NCBI GenBank assembly: GCA_020891255.1
Contig: BQFW01000001.1
Span: forward strand, 558,001-622,000
From: Entomortierella parvispora E1425
Lineage: Eukaryota > Fungi > Mortierellomycota
Length of the DNA: 64,000 bases
Direction: 5' to 3'
Shown here: piece by piece, positions 1-11,650 of the stretch
Numbering within the stretch: position 1 is the stretch's first letter
Layout of the letters: each line of letters begins with the position of its first letter
Made by a program: the position numbers and the translations under genes
Notes under the pieces: model-generated
Told to the model about the DNA's origin: nothing
Database searches by the model: none
Seen by the model: only the letters and a program-made list of their open reading frames with translations

Positions 1-2
1 AT

Positions 3-71
3 CGCAAGGGAGAGCACGAATGGATGTTCAAGCCCGAGATGGAGACCAGTCGTCGCAAGTTCTTCTTGTAA
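3..71 (+). CDS. 3' end of a gene entering the window (...RKGEHEWMFKPEMETSRRKFFL*), product unknown
   Basis: Open frame with GC3-rich codons ending at TAA 69-71, followed by AT-rich UTR-like sequence; too short to identify. Confidence 0.4.
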   Translation, partial: RKGEHEWMFKPEMETSRRKFFL

Positions 72-1820
72 ACAAACAGAGAACGAAAACAATACTGCAT
101 CTTGGCATCTCGCACCTTTCTTTACTTTTCATCATCCCTCTTTTGCATTGATATTGCCATCCCAAAAGAGAGACTACAAAAAAGAACCCTATTGCATTGT
201 ACGCTCCTCTCTTTCTCATTTTTTTTTTATATCATCGATCTACACATCATACCTGTACCATAATCCTCTCATAAAATAAAACAGAAACAAACAAAAAAGC
301 AGGACCAAGGTGAATTTGTGTATTTCAGTCAGGATGTGATGTGGTCAAAGGAAGGGTACTGCTAGCGAAGCGTTTTGAACAATGAAGTTGTTTGGACAAC
401 CCTATTTTTTTTTTCACTCTGCTCTTGACATTTGTATGCGCAGGTGAAGGGGTGAAAGTTGTAGGATGTTATGTCCCCCTCCCACTTTATGTGCAGTGCG
501 AGGGTGGACATGCACGCCCCCAAAAAAGTACTCCCGGGACGTAGCAGAGGGCGCAGATAAAATTTCAAGGGGACCGAGGACAAGGACAATAGCCTGCCAT
601 CTTTCTTCGAGTCCAAGAGAATATTCTCTTGGGCACACAAGAAAGGAGGGCGGCTAATATATCAAGGATAACGGACCATGCAGTGGCTGGGCGTTACAAA
701 CTGAGAGCACCATTTAATCCTCTTGTGTCAGTTCTGTTACTACTACGAAGATATTGGTCGAAAGGAGTACGACCAAGCGCAGGCTTTTCCTCATTTTTCA
801 GCGGTCGTCTTCGACTACGATCCTTGCCATTGATCTTCTATAGGCCATACCTGATCCAAGGACTGCTGAAATACTTTCGAACCCCACGACATATCTCAAC
901 CGTCTCATCCCGTGTCCAACAATACGCTGCTATTTCTCGACATTTGTTCTCCTGTTGCCCATGCGAAGGAAAATCTCGATCATAATCAGACAAATGTGGA
1001 TTGGTCAGTGCAGCTTGGATCTTGCTCGTCCTAGTATAAACTTCAAAAAAAACCTAGGATCATTGAGAGTTATATCGTCATCAGTCTTCACGGTCCAAGG
1101 CGATTCGACCATCGCACGATGGCGCTTGATCCAGGAGTGCCGCAGCCCAGTCTCAGGTGGGAAGTACATAGACCATATTTCCAGTGCAACTGAGACGCGA
1201 GTCCCGAGATGGCGCAGTTGTATCCTGTGTCTACGACATGGAATGACATCTCGGCATTGAATGGTCGACGAAATTGCCTCCTTGCATGAACAATGGATGC
1301 TTTGCATGGCACATGCGCCGGTCTCGGGTCGTGAATCTGATACATCTCAAGCACTTCTTCCCATCGAGTCCTGCATTTAGCTGCCCTTCTGCATGCGTCT
1401 CGCCGAGCAATCTACAGGATCAAACATGTAAGAATCTCGAATGGATGGTGCAGACATTGAGTGACGTGCAAGCGGACCTTAACCTGGCACATACCGCGAG
1501 GGAGACTTGCAAGGGCATCCACCCGATAACCAACCTCGGGGGGATCTGCGGAGAAGGGGGGGGGGGGACAGAGAGAGGACACAAAGAGAGTAACGATGGA
1601 ACAATGGGGGGCGCGTGTCCCTCCCTGAAGGGATGAAAATCAACGACCGCGACCAGGCGCAGGCACGGACCGCTTCTGTTCGCGAGATATGGTTGGGTGG
1701 CTTGTTGGTTGAGACACGGATTCCCTCTCTTTTTTTTTGTTGTCTTGTCTGACCACGTTGTATTTCTCGACGTTCTTCCCTTCCACCTCACGTAATCCTC
1801 TTCTTGACGTCCAAATAAAC

Positions 1821-2753
1821 ATGTCTCACAAGCTCATCTTCGTCGTCTTTGGTGCCACCGGCAACCAAGGTGGAAGCGTCGTCGACACTTTTCTACAAGA
1901 CCCCGAGCTCGCCAACAAGTATCACATCCGCGCTGTCACGCGTGACATCAACAAACCCGAGGCCAAGGCCCTCCAGAGCAAAGGTGCTGAAGTGGTCCAG
2001 GGAGATTCTGACGATGCAGCCTCCCTCCCCCGCGTTCTGCAAGGTGCCCACTCTGTCTTCATCACCACCGTCAGCGTCTTTGATGAGCAACTCATGGAGC
2101 GAGAGTTCCGCCAGGGAAAGGCCATGGCAGATGCGGCTGTCGCAGCCGGAGTGAAGCAGATTGTCTTTAGCTCGCTCCCTCCTGCTGCAATCATTTCACA
2201 CAACAAGTACAATGTGGCCGTGTTCGACAGCAAGTACAAAGTGCAGCAGTACATTCGTACTTTGCCTGTCAACAGCACCTTTTTCGTCCCAGGCTCCTTC
2301 ATGCAAAACTTTAAGCATGCATTGCACCCCAAGCCCGTCGGTGATGGTACTTTTGTCATCTCGGCGCCCTATGATCTCACGACAGAGTTACCCTTGATGA
2401 GTGCAGTCGATTCTGGCAAGTGGGTTGCCACCCTTGTCGAACACCCAGACAAGTACAAGGACGCGGAAGTGAGGGCGGCAGCGGGTATGTACACTGTGGA
2501 TGAGATTATCAAGACGATTAGCAGGGTCACAGGAAAGGTCGTCAAGTTCAACAAGATCTCTATTGATGCTTTCAAGAGCAGCCTTCCTCCTGGAGTGGCA
2601 GGACCCTTGGCAGACCAGTACCAATACATATCCGAGTTTGGGTATTTTGGACCCCAGACAAGGTCGCTGATCGAGGCTTCGATCAGGCTGGCTAGAGGCC
2701 ATCTGACAACCTTTGAAGAGTACGTTGCCAAAGACCCTTTTCAATTGGAATAG
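1821..2753 (+). CDS. NmrA-like NAD(P)-binding (atypical SDR) protein, intronless
   Basis: VFGATGNQGGSVV Rossmann motif, RAVTRD, GKAMADAAVAAGVKQIVFSS, FDSKYKVQQY; best start is ATG 1821 after caaataaac. Confidence 0.9.
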   Translation: MSHKLIFVVFGATGNQGGSVVDTFLQDPELANKYHIRAVTRDINKPEAKALQSKGAEVVQGDSDDAASLPRVLQGAHSVFITTVSVFDEQLMEREFRQGKAMADAAVAAGVKQIVFSSLPPAAIISHNKYNVAVFDSKYKVQQYIRTLPVNSTFFVPGSFMQNFKHALHPKPVGDGTFVISAPYDLTTELPLMSAVDSGKWVATLVEHPDKYKDAEVRAAAGMYTVDEIIKTISRVTGKVVKFNKISIDAFKSSLPPGVAGPLADQYQYISEFGYFGPQTRSLIEASIRLARGHLTTFEEYVAKDPFQLE

Positions 2754-3002
2754 TAAAGTATCGAGATCGTGGAGTGCGGTCAATGGGTGCACACTGAGAT
2801 TCAACAGTCAGGCGAGATCGAAAGAACAGCAATATAGATGAGATTAGAGAAGGGTTAGAGGGAATAAATGAGAGACGGAGCAGTTGAAGAAAACTAAGTG
2901 TTGAGATTAAGCTGGCCCAATGCATTGGAGTTGTGGCTCCCTCCATAGTTTTTTGTTCCACCAGTGACTTTATCGTATTGTGCCTCTCTGCATGAGATCT
3001 CT

Positions 3003-3417
3003 TCAGACAATAACAGGATCGGCACCAGTTGGGGATGAAGAGGACGTCTGCTGTTGCTCCCTGAGAAGTGCCTCGAACAGGGCCCTGGTCTTGGTCAAAC
3101 TGAACTGCCGTGTGGGAGGGACCATGCCCTTATCTTCAGCCAGTTCCAAGAATGATGCCTAGGGACGATATCCCACCATCTTTTCAAGTAAAACACCCAC
3201 ACCCACCTTGACATGTTGCTCTTAATGAACCGAACAATGGCTCTTACAGTGGTCCTCTCAAGCATCCATAAGGCGAGGGTAACGCTCATCATAGTATTCT
3301 TTAAAAGTTGCCTCGAGATCTTGAACGACGAGGGAGGGAAAGACATTGATCCAGTTGGCGAGACGGATGGCTTCATGAATCGCCGTCAGAGCTCCAGCTC
3401 CAGCTGCAGGGTTCAGC
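3003..3417 (-). pseudogene. Isolated, frameshifted last exon of a FAD-dependent monooxygenase
   Basis: LNPAAGAGALTAIHEAICLANWIN...DPVIV* preceded by a ttag acceptor; frameshifts; no upstream exons between 3417 and the stop of the neighbouring copy at 3712. Confidence 0.8.
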
Positions 3418-3711
3418 TAAAGTTTGCATGCCTTGTTCATCAGTACAAACAGTCAGTCGAGTCAACGTGCACTCAAGAGCAAAAGGCGAGTTTTGATTCC
3501 CAGCCATGCCTCAGCTGGAAATCAGCACAATCCATGACATGCTTCTGCATCTCGAGAGATCATGTTTGCTGTTTGCCTTGACGCGTTGCGTCCGATCCTG
3601 GTCCCTACTTCCAGCACTAGTGATGTGGTGGCGCCAAAAATTAATTTTACCCGTTTGCCTTGCACGGCAAAATTTTACTGGGAACGATTCATCTGGTTTT
3701 TCTAATCTCTT

Positions 3712-5676
3712 TTAAACAACCACAGGATTGGTTGGAGTGGTCGGCGGCAACGGTGTTGGGGCTTTTGCCTGTTGCTTCTTGAGTAACGCTTCGAACAAAA
3801 GCCTAGTCTTGGCCAAACTCGGCTGTCCTTTGGGGCGGACCGTACCCTTGTCCTCAGCAGGGTCCAAAAACGAGGCCTGCGGACGATACGCAACCATTTT
3901 TTTCAAATACATCACCCACAGCCACTTTGGCATGTGCGAGTTAATATAACGAACGATCGCGCCAAGGGTGTTCTTCTCAAAGCCCTTGGCAAGCGTCGCA
4001 CTAGATCGATAGTAACCCATCACCAGAGGATATCGCTCAGTATGGTATTCTTTGAATGCAGACTCAAGATCCTTGACGGCCAAGGAAGGAAGGACATTGA
4101 TCCAATTAGCGAGACAGGTAGCGTCTTGAATCGCCGACAACGCTCCAGCTCCACCTGCGGGATTCAGCTAGAGTCAGAAAAAAAAAAGAGAATCATCTCA
4201 TTCGTTAGTACCACAGCCAGTATCATATCACACTGTACCATCGTCCTTTCAACATGTGAACAGCTTACCTTGTGGCAAGCTGGATACCAAAGCAACGGCA
4301 TTATTATTGTTGGTAGCACAAAGGCACAACAAAACAACGTTAGGCTTATTTTCTTGTGCCTGCTCTCAATTCTTTTTCAACATCTCCAGCCAGTCATAAT
4401 CATCCTTACCGTCACCCAGAAGAACAGTTCGACCACCGAACCAGGTTTTGAAGACCTTCTCTTCCAAAACAACCTTGGAAATCGCATTCTTGTCCGTCTT
4501 GTCGATCAAATGGCCCAAGGTCGTTCCAGACTTTCCTCCATTCACGATTGGAAAGTCGCGGGCTATTTGGGCCATGGCCTCGGCCGCCTCAAGGCCCCAA
4601 TCAGAGTTTTTGGAGATATCATGCTCTTTGCTCGAGGATTTGTTCAAATGTTCGACCACCATCCAGCAGAACGTACGTTGCTTCGTGGTAAAGGTTGCCC
4701 ACTATGATAGGTTAGAGGGAAAGGAGGAGCGTGTTCAATCAGTTATAGCCGTCAATGTCAATGGCTCATGGCAACTCATCCCATCTGGGTATTACTGTAT
4801 ATGGGGTTGTGGTGCTCGTCATGGAATCAAAAGAACAAAGGCTCTTTCCAATGTCCGGAAACTCTTCAGGATTGAGCTCTCTTGTCTGTCCGACCAGACA
4901 GACACAATTGTACGGGAGAGGAACATCATCAGAAGAAGGCAAATTGTCATTCTTCTTCAGCCACTCAAACAGACCCTGTCTCACAGGAGAGTACGCTCCG
5001 TCAGCTCCTACAATGATGTCTCCCTCAAAAGAAGAACCATCGGTGCAATCGACACGTGCGCGATCGTCCCCGTTCACAATGGAGACGACGCGCTTGTTCA
5101 GGAGGATCTTTTCTTTGGGTATCTTGTCGTAGATGATATCGTAGAGAATAGGCCGGGCAATGATATGCCAATCGGTGCCAGTCCTGGGAGAACATGGTTC
5201 AACACAATTAACAGCATGAGTGAAAAGAGAAATAAACGTTTTCGTATTGTTCCACAATCACACTTACATGGGGACACTGGGCCGTAAATCAATCTTGCTG
5301 ATGGGCTTGCAGTTGCCATCATGCCCTCGAACTTCTTCATATACCAAGGACTTTTGTTGAAACTCTTCAAAAACACCGAGCTGACGGAAAACATAGGTCG
5401 CTTGCCCAGAAAGAGCAATCGCTGAGCCTGATGCAGCGCACACACACATTAACAGGGAGCAAAATTAGCTGCTTGAGTTTCCCTTCCTATTCATTTGAAA
5501 TTTGGAGGTCTTCCTTCCTCACCTAGTGGTTTGATGGATGAGGTCTTTTCCAAGACGACATAGGAGACGCCAGCACGCTCCAAAAGTAGGGCAAGAGTGA
5601 GGCCGCCGATTCCAGCCCCGACGATGACGACATGGGGCCTGGCCCCCGGGGAAATGGGTTCGGTTCTGTCAGACAT
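3712..5676 (-). CDS. FAD-dependent monooxygenase (FAD_binding_3, aromatic hydroxylase-like), copy A, 6 exons
   Basis: VVIVGAGIGG, IIVGADGAYS and LLGD-ACHK-LNPAGGAG motifs; exons about 5676-5523, 5427-5268, 5183-4796, 4701-4410, 4279-4269, 4167-3712 with GT-AG introns. Confidence 0.9.
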
Positions 5677-6402
5677 GAGATGTAGGATGCTCAATCAAGG
5701 CAAGGGTGTAAGCTCGGAATTAAGGATGAGAGATGAGAAACGAGAGATCGAGAACGGGAATGGAAGAGATGGAAGAGATGAAAGCTGTTCGGGATGAGAG
5801 AATAGGCCAGCAATCAACCTGGACACAAGGTGAGCAATAGAGTCTGATGCAGCGAAAGTTTGGAAAGTGCCACACGCAAGGGTCATGGCTTCTCCTCCTC
5901 GTTGATTTCATGGGAGACCACTTTGTGACACTTGGATCTTCCGCGTCCACCCAGCTTCAGTCACGTCAAGAGTGGCCGGTGCCTGGCACGTCGCGTCTCT
6001 TCGCGTCTCTTTCGTAGTCAATTCTGGTTCATTTTGTTTTTTTTGCGTTCTCTTTTCCACATCGACAGAGACGCAGTTGTAGAAAAACGATGCCACAGAA
6101 TGTGATGTGAGAGCAGCCTATGTGGGAAGGAGCAGCTTGCGTGGGAGCACTGGCTGAGAATCAAATTTCTCTCTTGTGCATGCCTTGGCTCGAATGACCG
6201 TTGCACAAGAACCAATTGCTCCCCTGTGTCACCACCATGGCACCAGTGCACTGGGCCATCTCAATGCAGCTCATCATCTCTTTTACCTCTCATCCCTCTT
6301 CTCCCATCTTTCATCCGTCATCCCTCGCCCCAGCCTTCATCTCTCAACTTCATTTCGTCTTCCCCTCTGTCTGGAGTGTTGTACAGTACATCAACTAGAC
6401 CT

Positions 6403-7354
6403 ATGTCAACCAGTGCCAACCCCGTTTCTCCCGGTGCCAACCCCCACGTCATTATCGTCGGGGCTGGAATCGGTGGTCTCACTCTTGCCCTGCTCCTGGA
6501 ACGTGCGGGCGTCTCCTATGTTGTCCTTGAAAAGACAAAGTCCATCAAGCCTCTGGGTATGTAGAATGGACTCCCAGTGACCACACGAATAGCCTGCCTG
6601 TAGGGGATGATCTCACGGATGAGTTCTCATTTTCTTTGTTCTTCGTCTCAGGTTCTGCACTCTCTCTGTTTGGGCAAGTGACTTATCTCTTCCGTCAGCT
6701 CGGTATCTTTGAAGAATTTGAAAGCAAGTCTTTGAAGTACGATGAAATCCGTGGATATGACGACAATTGCAACTATGTTAGCAAGTTGGATTTAAGGCCA
6801 GGCGTCCCGATGTAAGTATAACAAGGCTCTACACCCAAAAGTCTTGTCCATACAGTTCAGGCCCTCATTTTTTTTTAACAATATTATACGATAGGACCGA
6901 TTCCGAGTGGCGCATTGTTTCACGACCCGTCCTCTACGACATGATTTACGACAAGATCCCAAAAGAAAAGATTCATCTGAACAAGCGTGTTGTCTCCATC
7001 TTGAACGGAGATGTCGGCGCTCGTGTCGACTGCACGGATGGATCCACCTTTGACGGAGACATCATTGTGGGAGCCGATGGAGCGTACTCTCCCGTGAGAC
7101 AAAGTCTTTTCAAGTGGCTCAAGAAGAACAACAAACTGCCCTCATCAGATGATGTCCCGATGCCCTACTGCTGCGTCTGTTTGGTGGGACAGACTGAAGA
7201 GTTGGATCCTAAGGAGTTCCCTGATATTGGAAAGGACCTCTGTTCTTTTGAATCCATGTCGAGTGCTACAAGCCCATACACGGTAAAGTTGTTTTACACA
7301 GATTGAGTGGCGTTCGGTTGTTCACTGATCTTGAGTTTGGCGACTGATTAGCCC

Positions 7355-7388
<34 letters not shown>

Positions 7389-8365
7389 TTGAAATATCAT
7401 AGTGGGCTACATTTACCACCAAGCAAAATACCTTCTGCTGGATGGTGATCGAGCATTTGAACGAAAAATCAAGCAAAGAGCACGATAGCTTTAGGAACTC
7501 TGACTGGGGTCCTGAGGCGGCCGAGGCCATGGCTCTGGCAGTTCGCGATCTTCCTATCCCCAATGGTGGGAAGTCGGGAACGACCTTGGGTCATCTGATT
7601 GACAAGACTGACAAGAATTTTATGTCAAAAGTTGTTCTGGAAGAGAAAGTCTACAAGTCTTGGTACGGTGGCCGAACCGTTCTTATGGGCGATGGTAAGA
7701 GGATGAACAGCTGATGAACTGCAAAAAAAAAAGAGAGATGGATACAAGAAGCTGCTCTCCTAACATTGTTTATATTTGGTCATCCTCACCCATTTCATCT
7801 CGCTTGGAATCAGCATGTCACAAGGTATGTTCTCGCTTGCTTGCAATGACAACGCAAGAACACTACATGGCGTAAACTGACATAGGCGCCACTGCATTCT
7901 TTACATTAGTTGAATCCCTCAGGAGGAGCTGGAGCATTGTCAGCAATTACCGACGCCATCTGTCTTGCCAATTGGATCAATGTTATTCCCTCTCTTGCTG
8001 TAAAGGATATCGAGTCTGCGTTTAAAGAATACTACAATGAGCGCTATCCTTTGGCTATGGTCGCCTACCGATCCAGTGTGGCTCTCGGTAAAAGCCTCGA
8101 AAAGAACACGGCTGGTGCCATTGCTCGCTACATGAAGAGCCACTTGCCAAAATGGCTATGGGCGATGTATTTGAAGAAGATGGGCTCATATCGTCCCCAG
8201 GTATCGTTTCTGGACCCTGCTGAGGACAAGGGCACAGTTCGCCCTAAAGGACAGCCAAGTTTGGCCAAGACCAGGATCCTGTTTGAAGCACTGCTTAAGA
8301 AACAACAGGAGAAGGCCTCTTCGCCAAAAGTTCCAGCAGCCTCCACGGATCCCGTTGTTGTCTAA
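6403..8365 (+). CDS. FAD-dependent monooxygenase, copy B, 6 exons
   Basis: Same motifs and intron positions as copy A; 11-nt microexon at 7814-7824. Confidence 0.9.
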
Positions 8366-8745
8366 AGTAATAACAGTATGAAGACATCTCCGTTAGCTAG
8401 ATATCCTAAGTAGCCAGAGAGATCGTTCTCAGTAAAATTGCCATGCGGAAAATTTAGGGACGAGACAAGTTAGTTTTTGGTGGCGCAACACAGGCCAAAC
8501 AAACAGCCGCAACTGCTGAGAATCAAACTTCTCTCTTGTGCATGCCTCCATGGATTGAAAGATCGCTATATAGGAGCCAACTGCTCTCTGTGTTACCGAT
8601 ATGGTCCCTCCGCCCAAATCCGAATCGCGCTCATCATCTCCCATCTGCATCTCATTGTTAATCAGTTGGCCTCCATCCTTTCATCTCCGAGCTCAACACT
8701 CTCATTCTTCCTCTTTGCCTTCAGTGTTATACATCGACTAGACCT

Positions 8746-10629
8746 ATGTCAACCAGCGCCAACCCCGTTTCCCCCGGTGCCAACCCCCACGTCATTATCG
8801 TCGGGGCTGGAATCGGTGGTCTCATACTTGCCCTGCTCCTGGAACGTGCGGGCGTCTCTTATGTTGTCCTTGAAAAGACAAAGTCTATTAAGCCACTAGG
8901 TAAGGAGAAGAGAGTTCTAACGATCAGGCGAATGGTCTACTCACGAAGGGGAAAGAATAGCTAAATTCGATTGTTCTTGTTTAGGCTCTGCTCTCTCTCT
9001 GTCTGGACAGGCAACGTATCTTTTCCGCCAACTCGGAATCTTCGAAGAGTTTGAAAACAAGACCTTGCTGCACGAAGAGCTCCGTTCATATGATGGCGGC
9101 TGCAATCTCACCAGCAGGTTGGACTTGATGCCAGGCGTCCCAATGTATGTGAACATATCAGCCCTGTATGTAAAAGTCCGTCAATGTTATTCAAACCTCA
9201 AATACTCTATCTTAGGACTGGCGCCGAATGGCGCATCGTTTCGCGACCTGTACTCTACGACATCATCTATAACAAGATCCCAAAAGAAAAGATCCATCTG
9301 AACAAACGTGTTGTCTCCATCTTGAACGAGGACGATGGTGCTCGTGTCGATTGCACAGATGGATCCACTTTTGCCGGCGACATCATTGTCGGGGCCGATG
9401 GAGCATACTCCCCCGTGAGACAGGGACTCTTCCAGTGGCTCAAGAAGAACAACAAACTGCCTTCTTCTGATGATGTATCGATGCCCTATAACTGTGTGTG
9501 CCTTGTCGGTCAGACTGAAGAGTTAGATCCAGAAGAGTTTCCTGATATCGGCAAGAGCAGCTGCTCTTTTGAATCCCTGAGTAATATTGGATCTCCATAC
9601 ACGGTAACAATATCAAACATGAGAGGATTGCTGACGAAGACCAGTCCGAACCTCGTTGACCGATTTTTTTTTTTGGATAAACGTAGTGGGCGACCTTCAC
9701 CACCAAACAGCGTACGCTCTGCTGGATGGCGATTGAGCACTTGAATGAATCCTCGAGAAAAGAGCATGATATCTTCAGAGACTCTGACTGGGGTCCAGAA
9801 GCGGCTGAGGCGATGGCCCAAACAGTCCGCGACTTCCCAATTGTGAATGGAGGAAAACCAGGCACCACCTTGGGTCACTTGATTGACAAGACCAACAAAG
9901 ATCTGATCTCCAAAGTTGTGCTGGAAGAGAAGGTCTTCAAAACTTGGTACGGTGGTCGAACAGTCCTTCTAGGCGATGGTAAGAGACATGAATGATAAGG
10001 CTTAAAAAAAGAGAAAGCAGAAGTAAGAATCTAACCTTGATGTCTTGTTTGGTAACCATATCATCACGTCAATCAGCTTGTCACAAGGTAGCTGCAGAAG
10101 GATCATAGAGGAAGGGATGAAACGATATGGAGCTGAACATAATATTAACAGCACTCCTCATTCCTTCCATTAGTTGAATCCCGCGGGTGGAGCAGGAGCT
10201 CTGACAGCGATTCATGACGCCATCTGTCTCGCTAATTGGATCAATGTCCTCCCCTCGCTTGCCGTAAAGGATCTCGAATCAACGTTTCAAGAATACTACA
10301 ATGAGCGTTATCCTTTGGCAAAGGTTGCCTACCGAGCCAGTGCTGCGCTTGCCAAAGGCCATCAGAACAATACTGCCGGTGCCATCGCTCGCTATTTGAG
10401 ATTGCACATGCCAAAGTGGCTGTGGGCACTGTATCTGAAGAGGATGACAGTGTATCGCCCTCAGGCGTCGTTCTTGGACCCAGCTGAGGACAATGGCACA
10501 GTCCTACCCAAAGGCCAGACCAGTTTGGCCAAAACCAGGATTTTATTTGAGGCGTTGCTTAAGACGCAACAGCAGAAGGTCTCCTCACCAGTGCTGACAA
10601 CTCCTTCTGACGATCCTGTGGCTGTTTAA
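8746..10629 (+). CDS. FAD-dependent monooxygenase, copy C, 6 exons
   Basis: Exon 1 nearly identical to copy B; same motifs and intron positions; microexon at 10077-10087. Confidence 0.9.
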
Positions 10630-10789
10630 AAGAGATAATAAGTAGACACATCGATGATTCTCAGTAAAGTCGTGTGGCGAGATCAAGGGAGCGAAATTTA
10701 TTTTTGGTGGTGCTGCATGCGCACTAGGCGCAGCATGGGTAATTATTTGCTACGATGGCTTCCCGAGGGAGATATGAGTCAAACACCCA

Positions 10790-10905
10790 TTTGCTATTGT
10801 GCATTCCTTGGTTCGAAGATCGTTGCACAAGAACCAATTACTCCCAGTGTGACCAGCGTAGCGCCCTTGCGGGCAATCCCAACTCAGCTCGCTATCTCTT
10901 TGATC
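10790..10905 (+). promoter_or_regulatory. Relic upstream region of a lost further monooxygenase copy
   Basis: gtgcattccttggttcgaagatcgttgcacaagaaccaattactcccagtgtg resembles the upstream blocks of copy B (about 6176-6235) and copy C (about 8537-8600), but no CDS follows. Confidence 0.55.
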
Positions 10906-10910
10906 TCCTC

Positions 10911-11650
10911 CCGTCCCCCTTCCTTCGCTTCTAGACTAGTTAGTTTAGCCGTAGTGTAGTTAGGATAGTGGGCGGTCATCCATGATGCCGATGTGATGAG
11001 GTGATGGCTCAGAGTCGTCAGCGAACATCGGGGACTTGGTACTGCTCTTTTGTTTCTTCCACAAATCCATGCTCCCGATGGGATGTGGTGATGGCACGCA
11101 GTCGTCAGCATCTATAACAAACATCGGGTGACTTGGTACGCCAACTCACTTTATCCCTTCCACAAACCATTTTTTTTTCTTCAAAACTTGCCTTTTCTCC
11201 TCTTCTTTTCCACTTCTACAGCACTCTCATCCCTTCAAAAGCACCCTCTTCACTTCCATAGTCTTCCTTTCAAAGCAATCTATTAAAATTCTTGTTTTCT
11301 CTCTTTAATTCTGACCAAAAAAAAAATGGACTTTAAAAAAAAAAAGGGAACAACTTTACAAAGTTGGTGATGAATGAACATCAGACCCTTTGACCCACTA
11401 CTAAAATTGACCTCTTGTGGGAATGATCTTGTTTGAAGCTAGTGAGGCAGCCAAGGCAGCAATTATGAAGGAGACCCGCCGTCTTAGACCTCAATAGCCT
11501 GCACAAGTGCTGCCAAACGCGCCAGGGTATGAGAATTGAGAGATGCATCGAGTCAAAGACTGAGAGATGGAGTGATGGAGTCAGTGCAAGGCAAATGTGC
11601 ATGCATGCGCATGACTGAATGGAATGCTGGAAGAAGGATGGAGAGATGGA
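10911..11650. repeat. Dispersed non-coding repeat, copy 1
   Basis: First ~400 bp nearly identical to 54362 onward (ccgtcccccttccttcgcttctagactagttagtttagcc...), with weaker similarity for ~300 bp more. Confidence 0.85.

Noticed and set aside
730-1450. Coding-like sequence upstream of the NmrA gene
   Set aside because: Only short broken frames; no family recognised
3934-5287. Long plus-strand ORFs (257 and 279 aa) and similar antisense ORFs over pol and the histidine kinase
   Set aside because: Antisense shadows of well-supported genes with no motifs of their own
10990-11035. Hammerhead, HDV-like ribozyme or C/D snoRNA in the twin-hairpin motif
   Set aside because: The core reads GTGATGAG...GCGAAC rather than CTGATGA...GAAA, and the second unit lacks it; there is no room for HDV P3/L3; there is no CTGA D box
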